Shown here in pieces: positions 40,108-52,423 of a DNA stretch of 64,000 nt. The stretch is from NCBI GenBank assembly GCA_013239625.1, contig MU054220.1:3287374-3351373 (forward strand), given 5' to 3'. Made by a program: the position numbers and the translations under genes. Each line of letters opens with the position of its first letter. Position 1 is the first letter of the stretch. Under the pieces are notes generated by a model. The model was not told the DNA's origin and searched no databases. It saw nothing but the letters and a program-made list of their open reading frames with translations. This stretch comes from Lama guanicoe (taxonomy: Eukaryota).

Positions 40108-40888
40108 CTAAAGAGGATCGGCACACAGGGGCATGCCAGGGATTGCCTTTGCTGACTGGCCCATCCAGAGAGGCTGAGAAATTGATCTAAAGTGCCGCAG
40201 ATGTTAAATGGCAGAAAGTGCCTGACGGGCCCTCCAGCACCTAGCGGCCAGGAGGTGGGTAAGGCGGAAGCTGCCACACTCACTGAAAAGGTGGCCTTCC
40301 CCCACCCCTACAAGCTGCTGTGAGCCGGGCCTGCCTTGCGCTCCGTCCCCTCGCAAAGCCCAAAGTGGCAGGGCTTACTCTGTGTTTACCAAGGCAGACA
40401 AGCCAGCAGCTGTTTTCAGTGTCTGTTTCTACCTAAACAGAGCTGTCATTCCCAAACATGGACTCTGCCAGCAAATGTTACCAGACCTGGAACACTGGCC
40501 CCAGTTGTGTTCAGGTTGGAAAGAGCTCAAGGATGATGACAGAACCAGAAGATCATTCTGGACCCGGGGAATGGCCAAACATCCTGGCAACTCTGAGTGG
40601 GCAAGCAGCCCTCCCAGGCCAGCTGGTGAGCTCCGGGAAGGAGGGGAAAGGGCTCACTGCAAGGCAAAAGAAGACATATGGCAACGCCCAAATCTCTGCT
40701 TGTGCCCATGTTCCAACAGGACCTATGCTCTGGTCATACTGGGCCTTTTGTTGAGCACCTACTATGTGCCAAGCATTATATTTGGTGCCTTGCTGTCTTG
40801 GCTCAGCCTCACAATAACCCCAGGAGACAGATAATATCACTGTGCCTGTTCCACATATAAGGAAACTAAGATCCAAGAGACAAAGAGA

Positions 40889-40933
40889 CTTGCCTAGATC
40901 CTGAGCTTGCCTAGATCCCTTGCCTAGATCCTG
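40889..40933. repeat. Triplicated CTTGCCTAGATCC inside a MIR
   Basis: Three direct copies visible. Confidence 0.85.
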
Positions 40934-42399
40934 GTCAGACCAGATGCAGAGTCAGAACTTGAGTCCAGGTTCCTCTCCTTTTCCCAGGCTTCCCTGCTGC
41001 CAGCTGCGCTGGTCCCCACATTCATCCCAGGCTGTCTGGTCTCCCTGTTTCTGTCCATACTGTTCCCTTGATCCAGAATGCCTTGTCCCGATTGCCACTG
41101 AGCATCATCCTTCTGGTTCTTCAGACTCAAGTCACAGGCTGCCACTTCCTGGAAGCCATCCTGGATCCCATCTCCCATCAGAGTAGAGAAGTTAATTGCT
41201 ACATTTCCACAGCACATGGTCAGCCTGGTATTTAGCCCTATTTTCACCTGCCTTGCAGTCACTGATTTCCATGACAATCCCCCTAAGTCTCAATCGCCAG
41301 CCCCACCATCACCACCACCCAGCTCCTGCTCATCACGCCCCTGTCCCCAGTGCCAAACTTAGGCACTTTTTCCCTCACCAGGCTTTCAGGCTGTCCCTTT
41401 GGTGAACTCCACAGGTCCACGGCCCATATGCAGACTGAGTACCTGTACCCCCTCCCCCTCCCCCCACCATCTCAATGGCCAGTGGCTGCTGGTCACTACT
41501 GAGGGCAAGCTGGTCTGTTGGTCTAATGGAGGAGCACTGACTTCTAAGCCAGAAGATTGAGGTTTGAGTCTTGGTTCTGAAACAAATTCACTGGGTGACC
41601 TTGGCTAAGTCACTGAGCTTCTCTGGGTCTCAAGCTCCATCTGTAGAATGCGTGGGAGGATGGAATAGATGATCTCTCTGTTACATTGCTTGTCAAGCAC
41701 TGACTATGCATTGAATGGGGCATCCTATATATGGCATTTGCATCTTTACCAAGGATCTAATCCATTGAGCCCTCGAGTAGCTACGGAATACCTGCCTGAT
41801 GGAGATGAAGGCGGGCTCAGCCAGAGGAGCGGGGTCTGCCTGTGAGTGAGAAGAGATGAATTTGGGTGGGTGAGCTGAGGGCCGTGAATGCCCTGGCACT
41901 GGGGTATGATGCCTTGCACAATGAGCCTCATAAACGTTGACCATTATCACCGGGAGGAGCGCGCCCTCCACTTTTACCCACAGTGTAATAATAGCAGCTA
42001 CCATTAACTGACCACCCGCCACATGCCAGGCAATGTGATAAGTAATTTGTTTATACTCATGATCTGAATTCTTCTTCCCCCAAACTCTACGAGATCCCCT
42101 CCATTTTGGGGGTCTGGGGGTCTGAAGATCAGAGAAAGGAGACAACTTTCCCCAAATCTCACAGCTGCAAAGGGGCAGCACCCCCAACAAGCTTTAGTAA
42201 GCACCTAACAGGTCCCGGGCAGTGGCTGGAACACAAAGGGTGTAGAATCTGGCTTGGGCCTTCGGGGTACCTCCTGGCAGCCACCAGCCAACCGAGGAAC
42301 AGGTCTCTACCAGCTATTCGTTCTGGAATGCTATTTTCTCCTCTGTGAATGTTGATAGACAGGGGACAGATAGCTCCTAGCTTGACTCTCTGCCAGCTG

Positions 42400-43250
42400 G
42401 GCACCGGGAAAGGATGTCAAGTCCGGAGAGCATTGTTCACGATCCGCGGCTGCGCCCGCCCGCCTGCCCCACCCACCCTACCCCACCCCACATTTTATCC
42501 GACTTCGCTGGATGCTATTATTCAGCGCTGAGCCATCACCGGGAGCCGCAAAGCAGTTAATTATACACGTATAATCCCCTTCTTCACAAGAAGCTGATCT
42601 TCTAGGGTTGCGAGAAGATAAGATTTATGTCTCTTTCAATTCCTTTATTCTCTCATCAACATAGATTCATATTTCAGTTTCCCGCATCGGAAACAAAAAG
42701 GAAACCCGCTCGGCCCACTGCTGCCGGAGGGAGATAAATTAGGCTACACAAAGAGCCAGTCCTATAAACTCAATCTCTTTCCCTTCCTTTCATGTTTGTG
42801 ATTATAAACAGAGTCAAGGGCAGTTGAAATATATCCCTCTGCCTGCCTGCCTGCCTTGTTCCGCTCAAAGCAGACAAACGCGGCGATAGCAAACCGCGTG
42901 GTACCGGGGAAAGAGGAACATAGGCCCCCACGATCCGACGCCAGCCTGGTGAGTGGATCAGATAGAAAGGCCTTTGTCTCCTGCCTTTCCGCGGTCACCC
43001 AATTGTTTCAAAACGCCTTGGAGAGAAGCTGGACGCGGCGCCACTGCGAGGGCGTTCATTTTCTCCACGGCCACGTGCGCGATGCTATTTGCTGGAAAGA
43101 AAGGGCCTTGCAAGTTGGCCGCCCGCGCGGCGTGGTGGTGCCAGGGCCCCCGGCCAGTTTTAGTCACGTGGACAGAGGTTGCCAGCAGATCAGGCCACAG
43201 AGCAAGGCCAGTTTTAGCAGCCCCTAGGAACAGATTCCAGGCTCTTCAGA
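42400..43250. promoter_or_regulatory. Orphan CpG-rich element, candidate developmental enhancer
   Basis: Local CpG enrichment flanking an AT-rich non-repeat core with AGATAA and TAATTA motifs; no associated exon found. Confidence 0.5.
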
Positions 43251-44946
43251 GAAAAAAAAAAGGCCCCCTTACTGAGAGCGGTCCCCAGTGAAAGGACACT
43301 ACCCTTCTGTAGAGGAACTGGGGTGGGCTATTTTGATCATTGTCCTTGCTGTTCCACTGCTTTTGTTGCTTTTTTTGGCTTCACTGGAGTTACTAACTGT
43401 CAAGAGCTCCGCTGGCATATGAGGAACAAGGGGCCCACAGAAATGAACTGATTTGCTTGGGGAAATGGAGCAAATTGGTGGCAGAACTGGAAATGACAAA
43501 AGTTCTGATGCTAACGGTGACCGGGACTTACTGCAGAGGGCCAGGCACTGTGCTGAGAGTCATCTTATGTCAGCTTCATAGCAACAAAGAAGGAAACATC
43601 ATCACGCTCTACAGGAAAGGAAATTGAGTCTTGGAGGAGGTAAGATACAGGCTGGAGGCCATAGAGTTAGTGGCCATCTCCCAGAGTCCCCGCGCTAAAC
43701 TGTCACGCAATGCCACTTCCCCCAGGTACTCTTTTCAGGCATCCTGACTCTCCTCTGAGGCTATTTTTTAAAACTTCTGATTGGGGGAAGGGAAAATCTA
43801 ATTTTTGAAAGGTAAGAAAGGGAGGAAGGGAAGAGAAGAAACTGAATACAGGATCCAGGTTGGCCTCTGTAATACAATGTCATCCCGTGAGATGCAAGAC
43901 AACAGTCTTAAATAGACTTTGAGATTCAATTATCCTTTTATATTTCCAGCAGACTTGTCATCATCTAAATCATTCTTTCACTGTAAACACACCCCCATTC
44001 ACGAATAGAATATAAAACAAATCATGTTTGAAAGTCGTGTCACTTCTGAGCCATCACTCTTCAAAGACACACACCGCGGCATTGGTTCCCGAGGGAAGAG
44101 GGTTAATAAAAGCCTTGGGCACCGTCTCCAGTTCAAAGCCTGGGGCCTGTCTCCCAGATGGATGGGAAGTGCACTCTGACGCTGAGGCTGAATCAGTCTT
44201 TTCCATTCTGGAGCTGTGAAAGGCTGTTCTCTCTGCTCCGAGCCACCCTCTTCCAGCCCTCAAAGGAAGGATAGCAACTCCTGACTCTGTCTGGATCATT
44301 CCAATTATTTTTTCCAAAAGCCTTTCCAAGTCTGATATTGCAGGTGAATGCCAACACATTCGATCTCTCTAACAGATCGAATGTTAGAGAGATGCCCAGC
44401 CCGGCCCCACTCTTTTAGGAAGCTGGGTTCTTCCCATGAAGAATGCACCAGCCTCGCCAAGAGAGGGAACCCAACCTTACACAAGGCCTACCCAGCAACT
44501 GGCTCCTAAACTTCCCTTCTCATTCCAGTCCTCTCCAGCACTTTTTTCCTCTTTTTTTAGCTTTTGCCATTTTTTAAAAAAGTTACAAAATAGTACCTGC
44601 TCATTGAAACATATTATTCGACTGAGCTGTAGGAAGCAGAAGTTTCCTCATTCTTCTCTAACCCAATTCCACGTTCCTGAGTAGCCAGTTACCAGCAGTC
44701 TGATGTGTGTCCCTCCACATATTTCTTTTGCTTCATGTAGATATTAGAGATTCCCCAGAACCTAATTTTTGCCCTTTTTATAAATATGGGATCGAACCAT
44801 ACATGTTGCTCTACAACTTACTGTTTAGAATGAACAAACCAGCATGGATATCTTTTTAGGTCAATACAGAGATGCTGGATTCATTCTGTCTAATGAGGTT
44901 GCAAGCATGAGATTATGTAGTATGACTGTACCACAATGTTCCAGAC

Positions 44947-45024
44947 CATCATGTATCCTTTGGCTCTTCTGGATAGTATGTCTCCTGGATATCACGATAT
45001 TATATCATGCCTGACCAATCATAT
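44947..45024 (-). pseudogene. Candidate exon 13 (DMIGQA*YNIVISRRHTIQKSQRIHD), one TGA
   Basis: Acceptor agctttcatag; 78 nt, phase 1/1; weak donor gtctgg. Confidence 0.35.
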
Positions 45025-45161
45025 CTATGAAAGCTATGGTTTCTCTCCATTTATAAACTGTCTCTCTTTGGCAAGGCTTTCCAGGCTGGCCCAGCCTTAG
45101 GGAGAGAACTCCTTATTCATATGATGTTCCCCGAAGTGGTCCCTGCCACAGTAGTCCTCAC

Positions 45162-45224
45162 CTTTCAGGCAGAACTCAGACAGACTTGTAAAAGCAGGTT
45201 TCACTGCCATGAAATCTGGACTTC
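45162..45224 (-). pseudogene. Candidate exon 12 (GSPDFMAVKPAFTSLSEFCLK)
   Basis: Long poly-T tract acceptor, strong donor AAG|gtgagg; 63 nt, symmetric phase 1, open. Confidence 0.6.
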
Positions 45225-45340
45225 CTTTCGGCAATGGAAAAAAAAAAAAAAAAAAAACCAGAAAGCATAGCTAAATCCTTAAAACGTCATAAGCAGGCGT
45301 GGAAAAATACTACACGCAATTCTAGACATAAACCCACTAC

Positions 45341-45450
45341 CCACCAGGAAGACTTCAGAAAAACAATCCCTGAGAACACAAAAAGGGGCTGTTTACCAAA
45401 GAATTGCTTTCATAATGCTGTTGCTGCATTTTATTAGAGAGGGAAGAAGC
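45341..45450 (-). pseudogene. Candidate exon 11 (LLPSLIKCSNSIMKAILW*TAPFCVLRDCFSEVFL), one TAA
   Basis: Acceptor cctgtctccacttcag, phase-2 entry; exon end ambiguous (45345, 45341 or 45338). Confidence 0.45.
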
Positions 45451-45559
45451 CTGAAGTGGAGACAGGCTACAGAAGATTTCTGTGTTCATTTAAACTGAAT
45501 GCTAAAACACTCTGGGTCTGAAACGTTTCAAAACTGGAAGTAAATTCTTTGAAGCATTC

Positions 45560-46080
45560 TGCTTTTCTAGAGCTCTTTTATGGAAGTTACATTCGAATGG
45601 TTTTAGAAATCAAAATGAAATCTCACGAAATGTATTAAGACTCTGTATCCTTTAGAACTAGTTATTCCTTTTCCGGGACTCTATCCTAAGGAAATAGTCA
45701 GCAATGCTAATAAAATACATGGAAAAGGATGTTTATCTCAGCAATACTTATAATTTTGAAAAATAGAAAACAAACTAAATGGTCTACAACAGGGAAATGT
45801 AATAGTACACAACTATTTGAAAAGATAGGCACAAAGTGTTGAATGTTAAGAACAAATGATTCTGTTGTGCTGTTAAGTAAAAAAGAAATATAAATTGTAT
45901 ATTAAAACTATGCAAAAATATACATAGAAAACACTGGGAGGAAATACATTAACATATTAACAGTGGTTATCTCTGGGTGGTAGCACAATGTCTTGTTTTT
46001 CTTCCTCTTTTACTTTTCTGTAATCTATAAATTTTCTAAAATGAACCTGCATTATTTTTATAATGGAGTAAATTAAATAT
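45560..46080 (+). mobile_element. Ancient L1 (L1ME-like) 3' fragment
   Basis: 'ctatcctaaggaaatag', 'atattaacagtggttatctctgggtgg', 'ttttctaaaatgaacctgcattatttttataat'. Confidence 0.7.
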
Positions 46081-46420
46081 TCTTAAACCACACACAACAG
46101 ATAGAGCTGACTCTGCTATTCTGGGGATCATGGGGTGGTATGTATGAAAAAGGATGGGTGTGGATAAGGTTAAGGGTTTACTGGGATGGGGGTAGTGATG
46201 GAGAAGGCCCCTCCACTCTGCCATCTTTAAGAGTGTGGGTCATAAAATGCAGTATCTTCTGCAGAACAACCAGTACGCCAAGAAACGTCAAAGGGATGAT
46301 ACCGTCAATTCACTCAACACGTAGTGTGCCCCTACTAGGTGCCAGGCACTTGGGGAAATGACCAACTTCACATCCGAGTTTATTAAAAAGCAAGACTGCA
46401 CTCTGTCCCCATCATCATAC

Positions 46421-46566
46421 ATGACTTGCAGCACACTGATTATCTTGATTTTTCCCTCTATTGTTCTCAGAAAGGCAAGCAAAAAGAAAAATGAACAAGT
46501 TGTGATTTGCAATGGATTCAAGAAAGAACATATTGGAAGTAGCCTCAGGACTTTCAACTGACTCTG
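46421..46566 (-). pseudogene. Candidate exon 10 (QSQLKVLRLL...KIISVLQV)
   Basis: Acceptor catacactcttag; 48 open codons in phase 0; donor CAT|gtatga, phase 2. Confidence 0.5.
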
Positions 46567-46689
46567 CTAAGAGTGTATGTTTATCACTGGAGCCAGCTCG
46601 GGGAGGGGAAAGACGTAGCCAGGCAGTTATCAAACTCTGATTTGCAGTTTCTGCTATCTGTTCTGAAAATTCTTGACTGATGTGTGATC

Positions 46690-47530
46690 TCATTCAGCGA
46701 ATATTTACTGAATACCTATTATGTGTTGATGATATTCCAGGAGGTGGGGGTAGTGAAGCAAATCAGAGTCCCCCCACTGATAGCACTTATATTCTATTGC
46801 AGGAATAGGCAATAAATAAAAACATGAACTAAAATCAGCCAGGTCGTGATCACTGCTATGGAAAAAATAAATAAATAAAACCAGGCTATAAGAAAAAACT
46901 GACAAGACTATTTTCTAGACAGAGTATTAAAAAACAAAAGTCTTCCCCACAGAGGTGACATTTGAGCAGCGACCTGAATAAACTGATTGAGTGACACGAA
47001 CATCTAGAGTAGTGTTCTGTGTTGAAAGAACAAGTGCAAAGGCCCTGGGGCAGGAATGCAGCAAGAAAACCAATCTAGCTGAAGCACTGTGAGGAAGGAG
47101 TGGAGGGAAACTGAAGTCAGGGATGTAGTTAGGAGCCAGATCATGCAGAACATGGTAACAACTTCACATTTTATTCTAAGAGTAGAAAGGGGTCCCTGGA
47201 TGGTTTTGAGATGGCAAGTAAAGTGATTTGATTTAGATTTTAAAAGATTACTCTGGCTACCATGTGGGGGATGAGAATATAAACAAGAATTCATAAGAGG
47301 AAGCTATTGCAGAAATCTAGTGAAAGATCATGGTAGAGCTGGTGAGAAGTCATAGGATTCAAGATATACTTTGAAAATGGAATTCACAGGATTTGGCAAT
47401 AGGCTGAACGTGTGACAAGAGCAGAAAACCAAACAACAAAACAAACAAACAAAAAACATGTCAAGGATAATTGTAAGGTCTTTGGCATGAGAGACTGAGT
47501 AAATGATGATACATTTAATGATAATGGGGA
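46690..47530 (-). mobile_element. L2 fragment
   Basis: 'cattcagcgaatatttactgaatacctattatgtg', 'gaggtgacatttgagcag', 'ttttaaaagattactctggct'. Confidence 0.8.
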
Positions 47531-47562
47531 ACACTGGGGGAGGACTGGATGTTTTGTTTTAA

Positions 47563-48023
47563 CATAGCGGATGTTGTTGGTACCCAGCCCACATCCCTAG
47601 GCCTTGCCACTTCGATGTACACTGGTTGACTTCCAACTGCCAGCATTCGCATCTCTGCCTGACAGCTTTCTCCCAAGCTGCAGAAACCACTCGGTGTGTG
47701 CCCAGCACGCATCATGGAAGCAGCCCTCCATTGCTGACACTCAGAAGTTGGTGTATAAATATCCTAGATTCCTCCCCTGGGTAGGATGGGGGAATGACGG
47801 ATAATTCTGACACACATAATCTACACCACTTTTCCCAGGTTTCACCAGTGGGATTAAGCTGTGGTCCACACATTATAACTTGATAACACATCCTTTTATT
47901 GGTCTTTTCCCCTTTCCAGTTCATTCTCCCCAATTCCCTACCAATGGTTCCTGCACCTCCCAAATAAATTACCTACACTTGAATCCTTGACTCTGGGTCT
48001 GGTCTGGGGGAGTCCAAACTAAG
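47563..48023 (+). mobile_element. LTR16-like (ERVL) solo LTR
   Basis: 'tagcggatgttgttgg' start; 'cacctcccaaataaattacctacacttgaatccttgactctgggtctg...ggggagtccaaactaaga' end. Confidence 0.75.
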
Positions 48024-48057
48024 AGGGAAAACAAGAACATCTTCCAGTTCCTTATAC

Positions 48058-48116
48058 CCCGTTCTTTTTCACAGCCACTGATAATCTCATCTGTTGGTCA
48101 TTCTTTCTCATTGCCT
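48058..48116 (-). pseudogene. Candidate exon 9 (EAMRKNDQQMRLSVAVKKNG)
   Basis: Acceptor ttactgttctggtag; open, phase 1 to 0; weak donor GGG|gtataa. Confidence 0.4.
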
Positions 48117-48226
48117 CTACCAGAACAGTAATAGCAGAGTCAAGATAATCAGTGAATCTCAGTCATATGTGGTAGAGACAAAACAGAGTAGTTTTAATAA
48201 ACCAGATCACCAACAGATCTCCCTAC

Positions 48227-48447
48227 CTTGTTCCCTGGCCCTGCTAATAATATTTTCCTTTTCTTTTCCAATCACTAAGTGCATTTGCATTACTTTTGTA
48301 TTTTCAAAACCAACAAGAAATGGAAAGAACAACATGGGAGCATCTCAGGAGATGTCAAAATGGAAGATGTAAGAAAAAGATGGACCTCTTCTGTCCCCTC
48401 CGTCACTGGACAGTTCAGCAAATGCCCTGCGACGTGAAGGCCACAAA
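48227..48447 (-). pseudogene. Candidate exon 8 (VCGLHVAGH...TSP / frameshift / DAPMLFF...RAREQ)
   Basis: Acceptor ctgctgctaatag, donor AAG|gtaggg; entry frame and exit frame differ by one frameshift. Confidence 0.45.
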
Positions 48448-48557
48448 CTATTAGCAGCAGCAGCAAGTACTGTTTTTTAAGCATTGACTCTAGGAGGAAC
48501 TAAACTCTCTGATCAAAAGCCAGTAGGCAGGGAGACCTGACTTGCCGTATGCCATAC

Positions 48558-48654
48558 CTCTTGGGGACGCGTGCTTTTTGTGCAGTAGCATTTTATATGT
48601 CACAAATGATTCAGAATCATCCCCTTCTATTTTCCTGCTGTTGACATGGACTGA
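48558..48654 (-). pseudogene. Candidate exon 7 (SVHVNSRKIEG...HASPR)
   Basis: Acceptor tttttcaaccacctcatcccacag; only phase-0 frame open; donor GAG|gtatgg, or GC donor ACG|gcaagt at 48546, both phase 1. Confidence 0.55.
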
Positions 48655-48889
48655 CTGTGGGATGAGGTGGTTGAAAAACAGAAAAGCGAAAGCTGCACAA
48701 AGATCCCTTGATTTGAGCAAAAAAAACTTGTTACGAATGCACCGTTGTCAGCATCCATCAGGCACGATGTGAACACAATCATCCTTTCCAGCAACGAGAA
48801 GACAACAGGTGCACGGTCCCATCAGCGGTGAGGATGCTGGAATCTGGAGCCCCTGGTGTATCAAGGGGTACCGAAGACCTCAGCATCAG

Positions 48890-49510
48890 CTGGATCTGGG
48901 ATTCAACTCCAGTTTAACCACTTACTAGCTGGTGACTTTGGGTATGTTATTTAGCCCCTAGGAGCCTTGGTATTCTCAAGAGCTAAGGGGAGAAAATACA
49001 GCCACTTCATAGGGTGGCTGAGATAAATAGCGCCAGTGAGAGGCAGAGCAAGCACGCTATCAATGTTAGCTCCCTTCTCTGGTTAACTATTTGTGCCAAA
49101 GTCAAATCTACCCTGATTCAGTGAAGACCTGAGAAAAACCTGCTCAGTGATTCTCAGGAAGAAAGGATGACACCCACAAGAAACCATTCTTCCCAGGGCC
49201 TTCTGTGCTTCTTCCAAAGGCCCCCGTGCTGTAGCACGAGCTCTCCTTGAACGTGTGCCTTATGCTTCTGTATCCTCAGCACTGATCACTGGTTGGCACA
49301 CAGTAGGGGAGCAAGCTTAGTGTCGTGGAAATGGCACACTTTTGAGTTAGACGGGCCTGAGTTCAAATTCCAGCTCTGCCACATGCCCTTGAGTCACTTC
49401 CTTAAACCTCAGAATCCTTATCAGTAAAATGGGTAATAATGTCTAAAGTGTTGTGCATATGAACTGAGGTAACAGATGAGCAGCCTGGCACCAGTGTCTG
49501 GCCAATTGCA
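48890..49510 (+). mobile_element. Two MIR fragments (about 48890-49070 and 49320-49510)
   Basis: 'ccacttactagctggtgactttggg' and 'gagttcaaattccagctctgccac...cagtaaaatgggtaataat'. Confidence 0.7.
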
Positions 49511-49592
49511 GACACTAGAAAAAAGTTAGGCTTTATTAATAAACATTTGCTGAATGAACTCATGGATAAAAAGAATTCCATTCAAAGTACAC

Positions 49593-49748
49593 CCCTCCTT
49601 GCCAGACACAGTAGAAACACGCCATGTCACATTTTCCTTTATGTCCATCAAGATGCAGCCAGTTTTTTTCTCACAGTGGCAAAGGTTTCTTCCATTCTGA
49701 CTGTGCAGTGGGATTATAGCAAGCTCTGATCTGCTTTTGGGATGTACA
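49593..49748 (-). pseudogene. Candidate exon 6 (CTSQKQ...PLPL*EKNWLH...WQGG), one TGA
   Basis: Acceptor tgtgttttgttcag; 156 nt, phase 0/0; weak donor GGG|gtgtac. Confidence 0.35.
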
Positions 49749-49839
49749 CTGAACAAAACACATCGCCTGCCCTACCTCCATCCCAACGTACACATAGAAG
49801 GATTACAAATGGTTGCAGATAATGCTGGAGTCTCACAGC

Positions 49840-50250
49840 ATCTCCCCGCTGATCGATATTAATTCCACATGGAATTCTCCACTTTACAGCGAAAGACCTG
49901 ATAGACACCACCTTAACCAAGTCATCCAGGTTATCATCACCAGGGATGAAACATGCTGACGGCAGGGACCCCTGAATGGTGCACTGAGGCGGACACATCA
50001 CTTCTGTGGTTTTCTTACAGAAACTCCAAAACCCCAGTCTCATCATGAGAAAACATCAGACAAGTCCAAACTGAGGGGCAGTCTACAAAATAACTGACCA
50101 GAACTCTTCAAAAAAGTGTCAAGGTCATGAAAGACAGGGAAATGATGAGGAGTTGGTACAGGTTGGAAAAGATGAAGGAAATGCAGTGTGGGACCCTGGA
50201 TCGGATCTGAATAAAGTTTGCAGTTCAGCTTTAAAAAAAAAAACATTGAG
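49840..50250 (+). mobile_element. L1MC/L1ME-like 3'UTR fragment
   Basis: 'agacaccaccttaaccaagtcatccagg', 'catgagaaaacatcagacaagtccaaactgagggg'. Confidence 0.7.
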
Positions 50251-51329
50251 GGCATCCTCACAGGGGAAAAGGGGTGACAATAGGTCCCACCAAGCATTGC
50301 GTGGGAGAGAGGAGGCTAATCCCAGGAATTTAGTGACCAACTTGGGGTGAGAATGTTTTATGAAAGGATTAAGGTCTAAGCTCCATTTTTTCTTCATTGT
50401 TTTAAACCTGAGCACCAGTGATAGTCACTTTCTCTCTTCCACCCCTAGCCCCTCAAGTCCACCTGAGTCAGGGAATACATCTGAGCCACTTCCGCATAAT
50501 TTGCTCCTGATGTTTTCATCAATTCTCAGTATAAATATTAGATGAGAGAATGTGGTAAAGCGCTTTTTGGAGAAAACATATCATTTAGGTGGAATCACCA
50601 AATTGGGATGTAGCCTCAGATTCAAGGTTTTCTAAAAAGTAGCCCACCCCCCCAGCTCCTCAGGGAGGAGGGAACCCCACATACCCGATTTCAGAGAAGT
50701 CTGAGTGTTACAGTTACTTGGGGGTCCAGCTAAGGCCTTCACTTTATAGTTGAGGGAAACTGAGGTCCATGGAGGGAAGTTGCTCAGGCTGACCCGACAG
50801 GGTGGTTTAACAGAAGCACTGCAGGATGCCATGCTGCCTTCTCCAAGCTGCTAGTATTCACAGCAGCCTATTGTCCTGACCAAGAATGAGCCCAGCTTAC
50901 AAGTATTACATGGCAGCAGACACGTGGGCCTGACCTAGACCTCTGATTCAGACTCCTTGGACAGTGAAGGCTACACACCTCTAGCAGGGAGGTGTTCTGG
51001 AAGATACAGGCACAGAGCAAACATTGAGAGCTGCTCTTCTTCAATCTAGGCCGGGTGTGAGTAAGTGCATGCAGGTGCATGCTTGTGCAAGTTTTAGGAT
51101 TTCTAGGATACATCTGAAGAGCTACCCTCTATCATTTCCATGTCCCTTCATCGCTCCCCTGTCCTCCCCACCCCTGATGATGTTTCTCTTGTCCTTCTCC
51201 ATTCTGTGTCCTTGCTAGTCTCATGTCTTAAGGTCCACTCTGTGTGGCATTTGGTCTCCTGATCTCTCCCAGCCTTCTTGTGTCCGGGTACCCGAGATGA
51301 GATGGTAACAGCTTGGTGACAGCAGAATC

Positions 51330-52220
51330 CATTCATTCACATATTCTTTCATTCATGCACCGAGGACTATTTGGGGCCCTGGGGATGGAGTAACACACAA
51401 GAAAGACATGATCTTTACTTTCATGGAGTTTACATATTGGTAGGAGGACTTAGGCAATACACAAAGGAAGAAAGATACAAGAGAAGTGCAATCATGAGGA
51501 GTGCTGTGATGAAAGGAAATCTGAATGATGTGATGGGAAAATAAAGGACGCTACTTTAGTTTGGGTGGTGAAGGAAGGGCCTATTTGAGGAGGTAACATT
51601 TAAGCTTATATCTAAACAAGAGAGATTCAGCTTTGCAAAAATCTGGGGTTCCAGGCAAAGGGAATAATTAGTGTAAGGGCCCTGAGGCAGGTCCAAACCT
51701 GGCAGATTGAAGAAAGACCGTGTGGTGGGTCACAGTGAGTGGAGAGGTAGAGAATGGTCACAGATGAATCCAGATCATGTAGGGTCTTACAGGGCTAGAC
51801 AATTAGTGTGGGAAGACAGTGGGTGGTTCTAGACAGAGGAGTTATAGAATCTAATATACGTTACACACAAATACTCGGGCTGTTATGTGGAGAATGGACT
51901 AGGGGTGGCACGTGTTGGAGGAAATGAGTCATGAGATTTGTAGCAGGGATACCAGATTAAGAGAGGTTGCAGTGAGGTGCCTGGGTTAGGATGGTAGAGA
52001 TGTGAACAGTCAGTGGTTTTTAGATATGTTTTGGAGGAAAAACTTACAAGACTTGTTGATGGGCAGGCTGTAGGGAATGAGAGAAAGAGGGTTTCAAGAT
52101 TACTCTTGGGTTTTTGCTTTGAGCACACTAATGCATGGTGTTGCCACTTGTCCAAATAAAGAACCCAGGGAGAGGAAGAGGTCTGGAAATGGACAGTTTT
52201 ATTTTAGACATGTTAAGTTT
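51330..52220 (-). mobile_element. L2 fragment
   Basis: 'cattcattcac', 'ctttcatggagtttacatatt', 'gaggaggtaacatttaagc', 'ttttagacatgttaagttt'. Confidence 0.8.
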
Positions 52221-52255
52221 TAGATATTTAATAATGAATTAACTGAAGCTCCCAC

Positions 52256-52423
52256 CTCATACTTCATATGTATCACCAGACATAGGGCTGTGCGATCCCA
52301 GACCTTGCCTTCCTTTTCAATCCTTGTTAAGCAGGAATGAAGAGAAAGATAACCGAATAAAATATTCAGTCTTTTGTAAAACACTTTTATGCTCAGAGCT
52401 TTGGTAGTAGAACCACATCCTCC
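52256..52423 (-). pseudogene. Candidate exon 5 (GGCGSTTKALS...VIHMKYE, 56 codons)
   Basis: Acceptor tacttacgcctgcccag, donor GAG|gtggga; 168 nt, open in phase 0. Confidence 0.55.

Noticed and set aside
19757..40933. CRISPR-like arrays at the short tandem repeats
   Set aside because: The repeats are contiguous without unique spacers, and the context is mammalian.
1..42000. Remaining 60-170-aa ORFs in the track
   Set aside because: They overlap repeats or each other on both strands, often lack ATG, and show no phase-consistent exon chain.
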